A program made the translations under genes and the position numbers. Shown here piece by piece: positions 50,620 to 62,574 of a stretch of 64,000 nt of DNA (position 1 is the stretch's first letter; each line of letters starts with the position of its first letter). The stretch comes from Neoconidiobolus thromboides FSU 785. Lineage: Eukaryota > Fungi > Entomophthoromycota. The notes beneath the pieces were generated by a model. That model saw nothing but the letters and a program-made list of their open reading frames with translations, ran no database searches and was not told the origin of the DNA. The stretch spans positions 1-64,000 of the forward strand of contig MU626363.1 of assembly GCA_025603075.1 (NCBI GenBank), read 5' to 3'.

Positions 50620-51030
50620 AATATCACTTCACTATTGCATGGATACTGGGAGCTATAATAAAAATTGTTAATAACAACATAAAACAACAATTGATGATCT
50701 CTTCCACCAATCGCTTACCCCCACCTTATCCTTATCTAAATATCGTTAGATGCCTGCCACCCCTACCATGAGTTAGCTTCTGATAAGCAAATAACAGTCG
50801 ATTAAGAATATTCTGAAGTAGTGATAAATAAACTTCCTAACCATCAACTTACTTACCTATGTCAATTACCCACCCAATAAGGACTAATCAAAACTACTTA
50901 ATAATAGGAAAGTTGGTGGCAATAAGCTAAAACTTGTTTATAATAATGTTTAAATTAGCTTAAAGCCTAAGTTTGATTAATATTGACTGTAAGACCTTGA
51001 AGGAAAGTATAAGCAAACTCAGAGATGTTT
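50620..51030 (+). mobile_element. Possible very decayed Ty3/Gypsy reverse-transcriptase relic
   Basis: In-frame CMDTGSYNKNC**QHKTTIDDLFHQ resembles C-DYR-LNK...P-IDDLFDQ; a downstream frame has LDACHPYHEL. Many stops. Confidence 0.3.
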
Positions 51031-51121
51031 AAGTTCGTGAGGATTAAGCAGTTACTATCATCATTTTTCTAATGATAACGCTTAGTATTGATTGTAGTTA
51101 AATAGGAAAAGAAAATGATAC

Positions 51122-51322
51122 AAGGGTATTTTTTGGCTTCATTACTTTTTCCATCTGAGGGATGTATTTTTATGTTTAAGAATTTTACTAACAAAATTTC
51201 CGCTTAAATAGCACTTAAAAAATGGAAAAAATAATGAAATTAAAAAAAACACTCCCATCTTTTAAGCACTATTTGAGCGGGAAAATTGTTAGTAAAGTTC
51301 TTAAACATAAAAACACATCGCC
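51122..51322 (-). mobile_element. MITE copy interrupted by a nested MITE
   Basis: Removing 51157-51260 restores a contiguous reverse copy (...TTTTCCATCTTTTAAGCAC...). Confidence 0.9.
51157..51256 (+). mobile_element. Nested MITE copy
   Basis: Full copy flanked by duplicated ATCT (51153-51156 and 51257-51260). Confidence 0.93.
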
Positions 51323-51680
51323 ATATAGTTGTCTAACTAAAGTATAAAAGAAACTTTTAGTACAACAACTTGAAGCTTTTTATTAAACTATTTTTTGATA
51401 CTATACTTTTTAATAAGACTATTGAATTTTATAATAGTATCTTTTATTTTTTTTATATTATATAGTTCATAGCTTATTATATGCCATCCCTATTAAGTCT
51501 ATCTTAGCCATATAAAATAAGACTTTGACAAAGCCAGTTAATTAAATAAAAAATGCTTTCAATTTTATTTATTGAATACTAACTTGGATATTAAACGTTA
51601 AAATTTATACCATGATTTAATAGTTTATATTTTTATTATTTAAATGTTTTTTTACAAGTTGATAAACAATAATAACATTT

Positions 51681-51780
51681 GGGAGTGTTTTTTTTTGACT
51701 TCATTATTTTTTCCATTTTTAAGCGCTATTTAAGCGGAAAGTTTATTAGTAAAACTTTTAAACAAAAAAAATACAGCCCT
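51681..51780 (-). mobile_element. MITE copy
   Basis: Reverse consensus match; flanks ATTT/ATAT. Confidence 0.9.
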
Positions 51781-52743
51781 ATATACTTATTATTCATTGA
51801 GTTAGTGGCGATTCATCCTAATAAAATTTAATAAAGTAGGTAGTACAAAGATAAAGGAAAAATCGAAAGGAGATCGAAGGATAGAATTAATAGAGATTTT
51901 GAATGTAGATTTATACTTGATCTAAACAAATTTCGTATTATTTAAATTGATTATTAAAAAGAGTTAATAGCAAGTACTATTTAAACTTAGCCCATCCGGT
52001 CCGATTCAGCTAAAAAGGTTGGTATGAAAAGTCATTATAATATCTAGAATTATATAATATATATATACTATTCTGGTAATATTTTTTGGCAAGTTTTTAT
52101 ATTAAAGTGTCTTATATTATACTAGAACTGAATCCTTTTTAAGACTTTAAAAAATAACTAAATTTGCCATAGTTCAATAAATAATACAGTAGGTAATATT
52201 AAATAAAAGCTATTAGAAACTTCAAATTTTACTCTACATTTTGTATTAATATATTATAACAGTTAAAGTTAGTTGCTCTTACAAAAACATTATACACTTT
52301 TTTGCAGAAATCCATAAATTTTACTAGAGTTGTTAGACTGTTTACATCTCCAATATCATAATATCAAATGTAGTATAGAGCTTAATATTCTTGATAAGTT
52401 TTATGCCATATTATTTGACAAATTATTCATTGAGTTATGATATGTTTAATCATATTTTTGTGATTTTCACTTTTTAAAGCTAAAACTAAGGTCATTTATT
52501 ATAAATGATTTACAATGCATCAAAAATATATTTATTTTTTGCTTTCAATGTTGAAAAGTAGTCGACTTTATTGTTGCTCAATGTATATTATATTAAACAA
52601 TCTAAAATAAAGCTTATTAAAAAGATTAAACTTTAAAATTATAATAATAAATGTAGCATAAAGTATGTTGAAAACCTGGTTGCTTTTAAAATGAGTCTCT
52701 GTGTACTACTTTGGGCTGTTTTTTGAGTTATAGGGAATTACTT

Positions 52744-52842
52744 GGGAATGTATTTTTTTGTTTAAGAATTTTACCAAAAATCTTTCCGCTCAAATAACGC
52801 TTAAAAAATGGAAAAAGTAATGAAATCAAAAAAAACATCCCC
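52744..52842 (+). mobile_element. MITE copy
   Basis: GGGAATGT...ACATCCCC; 4-bp TSD ACTT/ACTT. Confidence 0.93.
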
Positions 52843-53822
52843 ACTTGCTTATTTAAAATTTTGAAAAAATTAAAAGGCTATCTAATATTATTTAATATAA
52901 CATTAATTATTTTAATGATGAGAGTATAAAAAACGATGTCAGATTAATTTTTATGTAATAATTTATGTCCATGTCATTAAAATTATATATCTACATTATA
53001 TAAGTCTAAATGATAGTGTCCTCAAAAACAAATTCCTCTGTCTTCAAGTTGAAATATCTACTATAGTATTTAATATACTAAAACAATTTAGTATAATTTT
53101 AATAGATGTTATAAGTAATGTTTACTTCTATTTTTAAATATTACTAAAAATTTTAATGATAATTATAAATAATTGGCCTCTTTGGTCTAAAATATTTGAA
53201 TAATACTTGAAAATTAATATTAGGTATGACATTATATTTTGCCTTTTTTTAAAAACTTATACTCTGACTTAACTGCTTTGAACTTTTCAAACTAATTTAT
53301 CTAGTATGAATTATTATGCTCTTATTATTAAAATAAATCGATAATACCATTTTATTTTATTAATTGTAAAAAGTCTTAAAGGTGTTTAATTCTTTATCTT
53401 AATTTAAATGCTATCAAAATACAAGCAATGATAACAAGTTACTATATTTAATCTGGATATTGTATTATATTAGTTAAGTTTACAAACATGCACTCAAATC
53501 AATCAAGTAATGATTAAATGACCTAATAACGTCAAACTTAGATTACTATTCAGTTTAAAATAAATTTAAGCAGCAAATCAATTAAAGAGCCCAAACAAAA
53601 TAGTTCAACTTCAATTGTGGCTTGTCCAAACCAGCATATTGTAAGACTGAACACATTGATTGGTTTAAGAACACAAGTAATTCCCAAATTTAATAAAAAG
53701 TTAACGAATTATGAGGTAAAATGATAAATTAGCATGTGAATCTAACATAGTCAAGTTGAAGGGGAATAACAAATTTATTTTTTAATAGTATAAAAGAATG
53801 TATAATTAATTTATAAAAAATA

Positions 53823-55017
53823 ATGAATCGTAAATTGGCCATTAACTTCAACTTTGATACTATAAAACAGGCTCTAAATATTGTACCGTTTAAATCAACT
53901 ATCAAAAGCCTACTTAAAGCCACAGTAACTCAGCAAAAAACGAATATACAAGAAAAGAAAAAAGAAAAGATTAAAGCTAGTCAAAGTATCTATGTATTAA
54001 GACCAAATTATAAACCTACTCGCAACCCAGTAGTATTATGTCATGGTAGGCTATCAGTATCTCCCATTTTTCTACTAAGCTAATATTTTACACTTTAGGC
54101 CTATATGGTTTTGATAAAATAGGTAATAAAATCATTTAATTCACATTCAACTAAAGCTGAGCTCATTTAAATCAGGTTTTGATAATTTACCAACATTACA
54201 GGTACATTACTGGCAGGGCGTAGCTGAAGCATTAGAAAAGATGGGATCGAAAGTAATTGTAGTGAAAGTATCAAGTACAGGCTCGATAGCAGAAAGAGCA
54301 CAACAACTTCATGAATTATTAAATAAGACATTACCCGGTCAACAGGTAAACTTGTTAGGGCATTCAATGGGAGGATTAGATGGTAGATACCTTATTAGTA
54401 GAATACCAAATGAAGATAAAAAATATAAAGTAAAAAGTTTGACAACAATATCGACTCCACATAGAGGTAGTAGCTTTATGGATTGGTGCAGGGATCATTT
54501 AAAAGTAGGTAAAATTTCAAGCGAAGAAAAGATAAAAGATAAACATGAACGACAACAATGGTTTGAAAGAGTGATGAGTTATTTGGACGCTCCAGCTTAT
54601 TCTCACTTGACAACAGATTACTGTAGAAACAAATTTAATCCAAGTACCCCAGATGACCCTAATGTAGCTTATTATAGCTATAATGCTTATTTAGATAAAA
54701 TGCATTACCTTTCCTTTTTAAATTTTCCATGGCAAATTATTAATCAAGTGGAAGGTAAGAATGATGGTTTAGTTTCACTAAAAAGCGGAGAGTGGGGTCA
54801 ATTAGTTGAGACAGTACAAGCCAATCATTTTGATTTAGTGGTACGCTTCCGTTGGTTGACTGCTATTGGGCGAGTGATCGGGTATGAAGATGCCAGATAT
54901 AATATAAATCCCTCTTTGTCCTTACCTAAAACATTATTATTGAGCCCAGAAACGGAATTCGACAATATCGAATTTTATCTGAGATTATCTACCTTTTTAC
55001 ATTGCAAAGGATTTTAA
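53823..55017 (+). CDS. TGL2: TGL2-like triacylglycerol lipase, paralog 2, 3 exons
   Basis: NPVVLCHG|LYGFDKI|GFDN, GHSMGG, STPHRGS, NDG, NHF; introns 54046-54098 and 54123-54175. Confidence 0.87.
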
Positions 55018-55111
55018 ATTACGTTATAAATTAATTAAATTATATATTATTATGTTATTACGTATATTACTTTATTATACTCTCATTGTATATTTTATTA
55101 TAATCACTTTT

Positions 55112-56304
55112 TTAGCTAAACTCATTGATTAATAATGAATTAAAGTAAGTTGGGTTATCTAAAAACAATTGATGCCCTGCGTTTGGTACTATTTTCAAAT
55201 TAGATCCATCTGGTAAACTTGTTATAAGTTTGTATGCATGATCAGGGTTCATCCAATCTCTATCCCCATCTATAAAAATGAAGATACTTATTATAGATTA
55301 TTAATATACATGTTAAAAACACTTACAAACAAATGTAATAGGTATATGAATATTAGTTAACCTATACTTTAAAGGATACCTTGCATAAGCCCCAGCTTGT
55401 AAAATAGAGCCTAGAGCATATTCGCCAGAGCCTGGTAAAGCAGCTATATCAAACAAATATTCTTTAAGTAAAGCTTGTTCATTTTCTGGTAAGTTTGGAA
55501 ACCTTCCCATAATGTACCTTAGTACTAAACTTTCCCCATAGGGTCCTAAGCTACGCACAATCTTTTGTGGGGTCATATGACGATCCCATAACCAGTTGAT
55601 CCACTTAGGAGCTGTTGCTCGATGCCTCGTATCTGGCTTAACAGCTGGTTTTTCAGGGATGCCAACTAACGTTAAAATAGATAAGTTAAGCTAGATATTA
55701 TAAATATAAGGATCTTACCTGGTGATAATAAAATTAATTTGTCTACTCTTTCAGGATATCTCATACTATATAAGGAAGCTAGATACCCACCAAGCGAATG
55801 GCCTACCAACTGAAGTTTATCAATATTCTTGTTTTTTCGCCAAGCTTCTAAACCGTTAATAAAAAAGTCTTCAGCTTTATAAGTAATATCCACGCCATCT
55901 TTGAATGAATTTAATAGGTCTGGTCTTGAAGATAAACCCATCCCTAACCAGTCTAAATAATGTAGGTTATAATTGGAACTCAATTGACATAATGCTCCCA
56001 TGTTTTTCATATAAATACCTAAACCCACTCCGAACCCGTGTAACATTACAATGTTTTTTGTGTTGTTGGTCTTGATACTTAATGTGTGTATAAATTCACC
56101 ATCGTCTACTTTTTGATTATACAATTGTACGGGTTGGTCATTGTTTAAAGTAATGGCTTGATTGTTATTTATTTTTTGCAATTCGTAAACCGTATTTAAT
56201 ATTTTAAGTTCTGTTTGCTGTGCTATAAGCCATCGATCTCTTTGATAAAAATTGACCAAGGTTTTAAGTTGATGGCTTAGTTTATTCTTTAATTGATTTC
56301 GCAT
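55112..56304 (-). CDS. Alpha/beta hydrolase of the ABHD4/ABHD5 (yeast CLD1/ICT1) family, 3 exons
   Basis: VMLHGFG, LDWLGMGLSSRP, GHSLGGYL, YGDRDWM, GHQLFLD (HxxxxD). Confidence 0.88.
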
Positions 56305-56636
56305 TTTAAAAAAGAATCAAATTTTATCATTAGTAAGTTTTATAATAGTTGTTGATTATTAATCATAAACAACTACCACGTCATGGAAGAATTTGAATAA
56401 TATAGATAATAAAATAAAATAATAATAGTAATCAAACTATAAACTTATTTAATGAATTAAAAAATAAAAAATAAATTTTATGATAAACAATTAATAGAAT
56501 CAACAATTTTAAGAGAGAGCATATGTAATAGAGATAGAAGGGTAATATATGCCCAACTTTAAATAAACTTATTAGTGTTAGTAAAAGGGGATGTAAAGAG
56601 TTATAAAATCTAAAAAAAGAATATAAAAGTAAAATA

Positions 56637-58128
56637 TCAATCTTGAGCTTGTGGTGCTACCACAGCCACTAAAACCGTGATATCATCCCTTTTACCACCT
56701 TGAAACTTTATGCCCTCTTTCTTAGCTCTTTCTTCAAAAGGTGTAGATTGATTGGTCGTGGTCTGTTGTGATACTTTGCAGGCACGAGCTGCTAAAGCAT
56801 GAGATAAGTCTCCAGGTCTCAAATTAGCTTCATAATGACTTGATGCATTTCTAAGGCTCGTTGATGTAGTGCAAAACCCCAAAACTTCATTATAGGAACT
56901 TGTATCATATACCCAATCAAAGTCGGGCTTCCATTTTGTTACTTCTTCTTCAATATCAGAAAGGAATAAATTGTCAAATAAACCATCACTTCCCATTACT
57001 ATAACATCTCCTTTTTCTACTGAATATGAGTAGTATTGTGCATCTTTTGGTCGATCCTTAGAATTTGTGCCCAATTGATATGGGAAGTTGAATGAATGTT
57101 GTTGCTCTAAAGTTTGGAAAATAACAACGCCGTCTCTTAAAACTACTACTCCACAATCACCCAAATTCGCAATCCTCAATTCGTTATTTCGAAGTATAAC
57201 AATACATGCTGTACTTGAGCCTTTTATTTTCTAAGTAAATATATAAATATAAATTATAATTAGTATATAATCATAACACTTACATAACTTGAAGCTGATT
57301 CAATAGCTAAACGATAACTATTTTCAAGAATCTTAATAGGATCTACTTGATGATAAAACAACCGCTGTTCACAAGGTGATAAATAAACACCACCTTCAGC
57401 TGGTGACTGCGAAGAATTGTAATCCAAACTCTCTAACTTTGAAAGTTCTTGACAAGCAAAATGCATCAAGTTGCGCGAAAAGAAGGCAGAGTTTGCACCT
57501 AAACAACATTAAGTTCAAACGTTATTGAAACAAAGAAAGAAATACCTTTCACTTTTCTCCATCCTCCTACTCCATCTGCTACCCCTAAAGAGTCTTTACG
57601 TATGAAACATGCATCTTCACCAAACCCCTTACTTAAATAAAACTTATCTTCATCTGGAAAAGGTAACTTTGAATTTGTTTTTGGTATCCCTGTAACTCCA
57701 TAATCAAAGTAATACTGCTGCCAAGGATGTAAATGCATTCCATAATCTGATTGTTGATTCCAGTCTTTAACTATTGGTGGCGATGGTGACGGATAGTACA
57801 AATCGAAAAATCCAGCGTCTGAACGAGGATTATAAATTGTACTTGAATTAAATTCATTATTTACTAGGGGTAGCATCCCCATTGAATCCCCCATCGATTT
57901 ATTGTTAGTCCCTTGATTAGGGTAAAAGGATGAATAGCCACCATTTCTAAGGGCTAACTGAGTTTCCCCAAAGTTGTAAGGTACCTGACAGTGGTCCCCG
58001 ACCTTTACAGTGCCCAACGTAATTTGACTTAAATATTTATAAAATTTTGAGGCATTAGAGGTATCCTTCAAAACTTTAGAAGCCTGCCTCGCCTTGATTA
58101 AACTTGATGCTCTCAATACTGCCGACAT
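56637..58128 (-). CDS. PTC7: PP2C-family phosphatase, PTC7 type, 3 exons
   Basis: GEDACF, GVADGVGGW, ANLGDCG, EQQHSFNFPYQLG, GSDGLFDN, GGKRDDITV; the basic N-terminus resembles a mitochondrial presequence. Confidence 0.92.
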
Positions 58129-59085
58129 GCTTCAAAAAAACTTGCTTATTAAAATGAATCCTAATTTTGATAGAATTGATTAGAACAGAAACCGTTAATT
58201 TTATAAAATCTCTCACCATTACTTTTTACTAATTGTTTTGGTTAGGTTAGAAATATCAATTGAGACTTAAATTTTATTGGCTAAATTTTAATTTTTATTC
58301 CTAATAGATCTTATTCTATTGGCCATTAACATATACACTTGATCTCATTGGATCATTCTGACATTGTGTCACTATGTCCAAACAAACGCTTTAGATATTA
58401 TCTAAAATTAGCAGGTTGAAGGCTAATCTTAGGAAAAATGGCTTTAAATCATTTACCAATATTAATGTGACTGCTGACAATTTAAGAACTTTAGATCCAG
58501 AAAATAAATAGTGCACCATACCCTGATGATTTCATTGGTTAAGCGAAGTTATTCAGATACTTGAGCTTATTTTATATTTCAATTAATAAACTGTGGATAA
58601 AATAATATTCATTTTAATTTATTTTATATTATGTTGAGCTACTAAAATATTATTTTATTAGAACACTTGGAGGTGCTACGCACATTATTTAATTTACTTG
58701 ATTAAAATTTTACGGCTTATAAACCAATAAGTTAATTTTATTCAAAATATCAATTATAAAATATTATCACAATATTCAAGAATGTTTATTTAGTTAAGAA
58801 ATTAATATCAATTATTTTATGATAGATTATTGAGTTAAAAAGATGAAAAACAAATAAACTGATAGACTAAAGCTATATCATTTTTATTAAAAGAAGTTAA
58901 AAGAGGTACTAGAACAGCAATTGAACAACATTGATAAATCTAAAAATGGAAAATAAGCAAGTTAAAATGTTAAAAATGTCAATAAAAATAAAACGGAAAT
59001 TAAGAAAGGTTATAACAAGAAAAAAAAATAAGAGATGTATAAATAACATATTGTGTTTTTATTTTACAATATTAAATATTAAAGA

Positions 59086-60657
59086 ATGAATTTATTTATA
59101 CGTCTATTTTTCCTTTTATTAACTTGTTTAAATATAACTTATAGTTTAAGGTAATACTAAACTAAACCTATTATTTAATTAATTAAATTTTGCTTAGGGC
59201 TATAGCAGCTATAGATTATGAAAACGAGGCAGGAATTAAGCCAATACCATTATTAACTAATAAATTAGAACCTATGATGGCTGAAGGCAAAGGTTTAATA
59301 TTTCAACAAAGAGTTGATCATTTTAATTTAAATGATAACAGAAATTTTAGTCAACGCTACTATCAAAATGACAACTATTATAAAGTGAATGGACCACTAT
59401 TATTATATATTGGTGGGGAAGGCAAGTTAGTCTCAAGAAGTAGTGAAAGTGGGTTTATAGTAAGGATAGCCCAACAACTTCAAGCTATGATTTATACCTT
59501 AGAGCATCGCTATTATGGGGAAAGTAGATTATTTGAAGATATGAGTGTAGATAACTTGAGTTATTTAAGTAGTCTACAAAGTTTAAAAGATATTGAATCC
59601 TTTTTACAAAGCAAAAGAAAGGAGAATCAAAAGGTAATTGTTGTTGGTGGTAGTTACGCTGGTAATTTAGCTGCTTGGTCTAGAAAATTGTTTCCAAATT
59701 TAATTGATGCGGCTTTAGCTTCTTCTGCTCCAGTAAAAGCACTTGGAGATTTTTATCAGTATGATCAAATTACTGCGATTTCATTTGGTGAAAAGTGTGC
59801 TAATATCATTGCTAACTTTACTAAAAACTTGGACACATTATTAAATAGTAAAAACAGTAATGCAATCTCAAAAGTTAAAGAACAATTTGAATGTCAAAGT
59901 GTAATAGATGACACTATGTTTGTATCTGTGCTATCGGATATGTTTGCAACAGCAGTGCAATATAATCGACCTAATGTACCGTTTAATGTGAATACTGTAT
60001 GTAGTAATATAGATTATAACATGTCATTCAATGAATATTTAGCATATTTTTCAACTGCTGCCAAGATTTATTTCAAATCTCAAAATAAATCGTGCTATGA
60101 TTTAACCTTTATAGATGAAATCAAAGATATCAAATACAATCCAGATAATGCTAACAGACAGGTAGATTATATTATTAAGCTGATTATGTGTATATTTATT
60201 TATTTACTTTTGTTACATTATATAGTGGACTTATCAAACATGCACTGAATTTGGATATTATCAAACAGCACCAAACAGTGGAATAAGTCTAAGGTCCCAA
60301 AGATTAACGTATGATTGGATTTATAACACAGTATGCTCTAAGCAACACTTTAGTAAATTAATTGGCCCACCTAAAGTCGAAGATATAAATCAAAGGTATG
60401 GTGGAAATGAATTAATAAGCAAAGTCATCTATACAAATGGAAAATTAGATCCTTGGTCTTACTTATCAGTATTACCCAATAAAGACAGCCCCATGAATAA
60501 CGATATAAGCAATATGAATACAAGTAATAATCTGGTACTTTTGATTACTTCTGCTTCCCATACTCAAGATCTTTTACCTGATTTTGATAATGATCCCTTA
60601 GATTTAAGATTAGCAAGGAGTTTAGTATTAAAAAAATTAGCGGAATGGATAAATTAA
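59086..60657 (+). CDS. Secreted serine carboxypeptidase, family S28, 3 exons
   Basis: Signal exon MNLFIRLFFLLL..., QRVDHF, FSQRY, LEHRYYGES, GGSYAG, ASSAPV, WTYQTCTEFGYYQ, NGKLDPW; introns 59151-59197 and 60162-60225. Confidence 0.92.
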
Positions 60658-60849
60658 TAAAAGTATAATATAATTGAAATTAAATAGCATCACTATCTAG
60701 TTTATTATTATCAAACTATTCCAACAACCATTGTTAAAAATAAATCAAATTGAGTATTATTCATAATTACTAACATCAAACTGTTGTAGAAATTGCTGTC
60801 ATTTGTTCCATTCAATTACTTAAGATAGCTACTATATCTAAGTACTCGT

Positions 60850-62313
60850 TTAGTTCTCAGTAAATATTATCAAATCTTTCTTTAGTAAATGCTTTGCACT
60901 TAGATGTTTTTTAAGGGATTCACTATCACTACATTTGATCACTTTTAAGTCGGGCGCCATTATAAGCAATGCTTCTAGTATAACATTATCAATAAAAGAT
61001 CCCTTAATACCTATCGCCCCCAATTTTAGTGGCTTGGTATTCAAATTCATTAATTGGGGCATCATAGTATTTACTGGTATTTCGCTCCTTGTCCTTGTAG
61101 ATGTTATATCCAATGTTACTACATTTAACAAACTCATAACTAAGTAACTTAAAAATAAAAAACCAATTGGATAAGCACCCCGGATTGCTAATGTTGCAAG
61201 GTTTGCTATTGGAGCAGTATCCATCTTTCTGCGCCTTACCAATAATGAAAAATGCTCATCTGTTATACTATTCCCATTTAAAGATAGTGTTCGTAAAGTT
61301 GGATGCTGGAATATAGTTGTAACATGCTCAATAGATAAATTTGCACAGTTATCTAATGTCAAAGTAACTAATTGAGGGAATCTCTGCATTGTAAAATAAT
61401 ATTCGACATCCATATTCAAACGTGCTAAACTAATTGTACTTAATCCATAATTGCTGCCTACTAATAATTGTGAAAATTTGATCCCTTCTTCAATCAATTG
61501 CTTACTGCCTACTATTTTAAGTCTCTTTAATTTTGGTATCTTACTGTTTAATAACTTTAGTTTGGCTGTGTTTTTAGTGATATCGGCCAATGCCCCAAAT
61601 GACAATTCTTTATATCGATGTATCGATTTTTCTAATGCTAAGAGACCTTCTTCATAAAACGCTTCCGTTGCCAAATCCAAACAATCTAACTCTGGAAATC
61701 TATTTTCTATATACCTTATTGTGTTATCTTCAACCAAAGTTAGCTGACCCAAACTTAACGTCTTTAAACTGTCATTTAAAAAAAATAATATTTCTTGTAA
61801 ACAAGGGGTCTCAATATTCATTCGATTAATTCTTAATGTTAGTATCTTTGGAAATTTGGGTATCTGTGCTAAAGTTGTGATTTCTTTATTTACTGGACTA
61901 CCTAAAGTTAAATGTCGAATTTCTGTTCCATAGTACTTATACACTAAATCTAACACTTCATTTACTGGGCATTGTTCGATTTTAATAGTATATATAATTT
62001 TGCAGTTTTTAAATAAAGTTTCATAAAACGGAAGGTCATGAGAGTTAGTTAACATGATCCTCCTCACATAACCTCCATATTTTACTAAAGATTCTTCCAT
62101 TTCAATCTCTGCTTTCTCTTCGTTGTATTCTACCCACTCTTCGGTAAACTCATAGTTAATTTGTCTTAATATAATTTCACAAAACGTAGTATTTAAGTCC
62201 ATTAGCCTTAACTTTTCCAATTTGGACGCCCAATGAATTAATTTCAAAATTGTATTTTTAGTGTACCTATTCTTTTCTTTCAGCTTGACTGACTCATTAT
62301 TATTGGTACTCAT
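60850..62313 (-). CDS. RNI-like leucine-rich-repeat protein, possibly with a degenerate F-box
   Basis: Intact 487-aa ORF with repeated LxxLxL units (LKTLSL, LDCLDL, LKRLKI, LVTLTL, LRTLSL). Confidence 0.7.
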   Translation of the reverse strand: MSTNNNESVKLKEKNRYTKNTILKLIHWASKLEKLRLMDLNTTFCEIILRQINYEFTEEWVEYNEEKAEIEMEESLVKYGGYVRRIMLTNSHDLPFYETLFKNCKIIYTIKIEQCPVNEVLDLVYKYYGTEIRHLTLGSPVNKEITTLAQIPKFPKILTLRINRMNIETPCLQEILFFLNDSLKTLSLGQLTLVEDNTIRYIENRFPELDCLDLATEAFYEEGLLALEKSIHRYKELSFGALADITKNTAKLKLLNSKIPKLKRLKIVGSKQLIEEGIKFSQLLVGSNYGLSTISLARLNMDVEYYFTMQRFPQLVTLTLDNCANLSIEHVTTIFQHPTLRTLSLNGNSITDEHFSLLVRRRKMDTAPIANLATLAIRGAYPIGFLFLSYLVMSLLNVVTLDITSTRTRSEIPVNTMMPQLMNLNTKPLKLGAIGIKGSFIDNVILEALLIMAPDLKVIKCSDSESLKKHLSAKHLLKKDLIIFTEN

Positions 62314-62574
62314 CCTTTTAATAACTTTTAATTAAAATTGTTGATGTAAATTGTATTTAACAAACATTTTACAAATACTCATTTTTAAGAATACTTTAAA
62401 CATGAACCATTGTTTTTATTGGCTACAATTTATAAATCATTCAATTTTATGGGAAACTGAAATTCTATTATAAACATAAAATTATTAAAAAATCAAATTT
62501 CCATCCAAAAATAATTTGAGTTTATTATATTAGGTGATATATAAATTGGATTTTGTAGATGGAAGATAGTAAAA

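Noticed and set aside
2803-52842. Repeats interpreted as a CRISPR array or bacterial REP elements
   Set aside because: The context is eukaryotic, the copies are dispersed on both strands with TSDs, and there are no regular spacers or cas genes.
43124-56304. Lipid-metabolism gene cluster (ceramide synthase, lipase, ABHD hydrolase)
   Set aside because: The genes are interspersed with unrelated housekeeping genes, and there is no shared pathway logic or evidence of co-regulation.
56585-56600. GGGGATGT matching the MITE terminus
   Set aside because: No internal consensus sequence or opposite TIR follows.
58260-58730. Cluster of CCAAT/ATTGG boxes in the PTC7-S28 divergent promoter
   Set aside because: Plausible HAP-complex sites, but a 5-mer cannot be distinguished from chance without conservation data.
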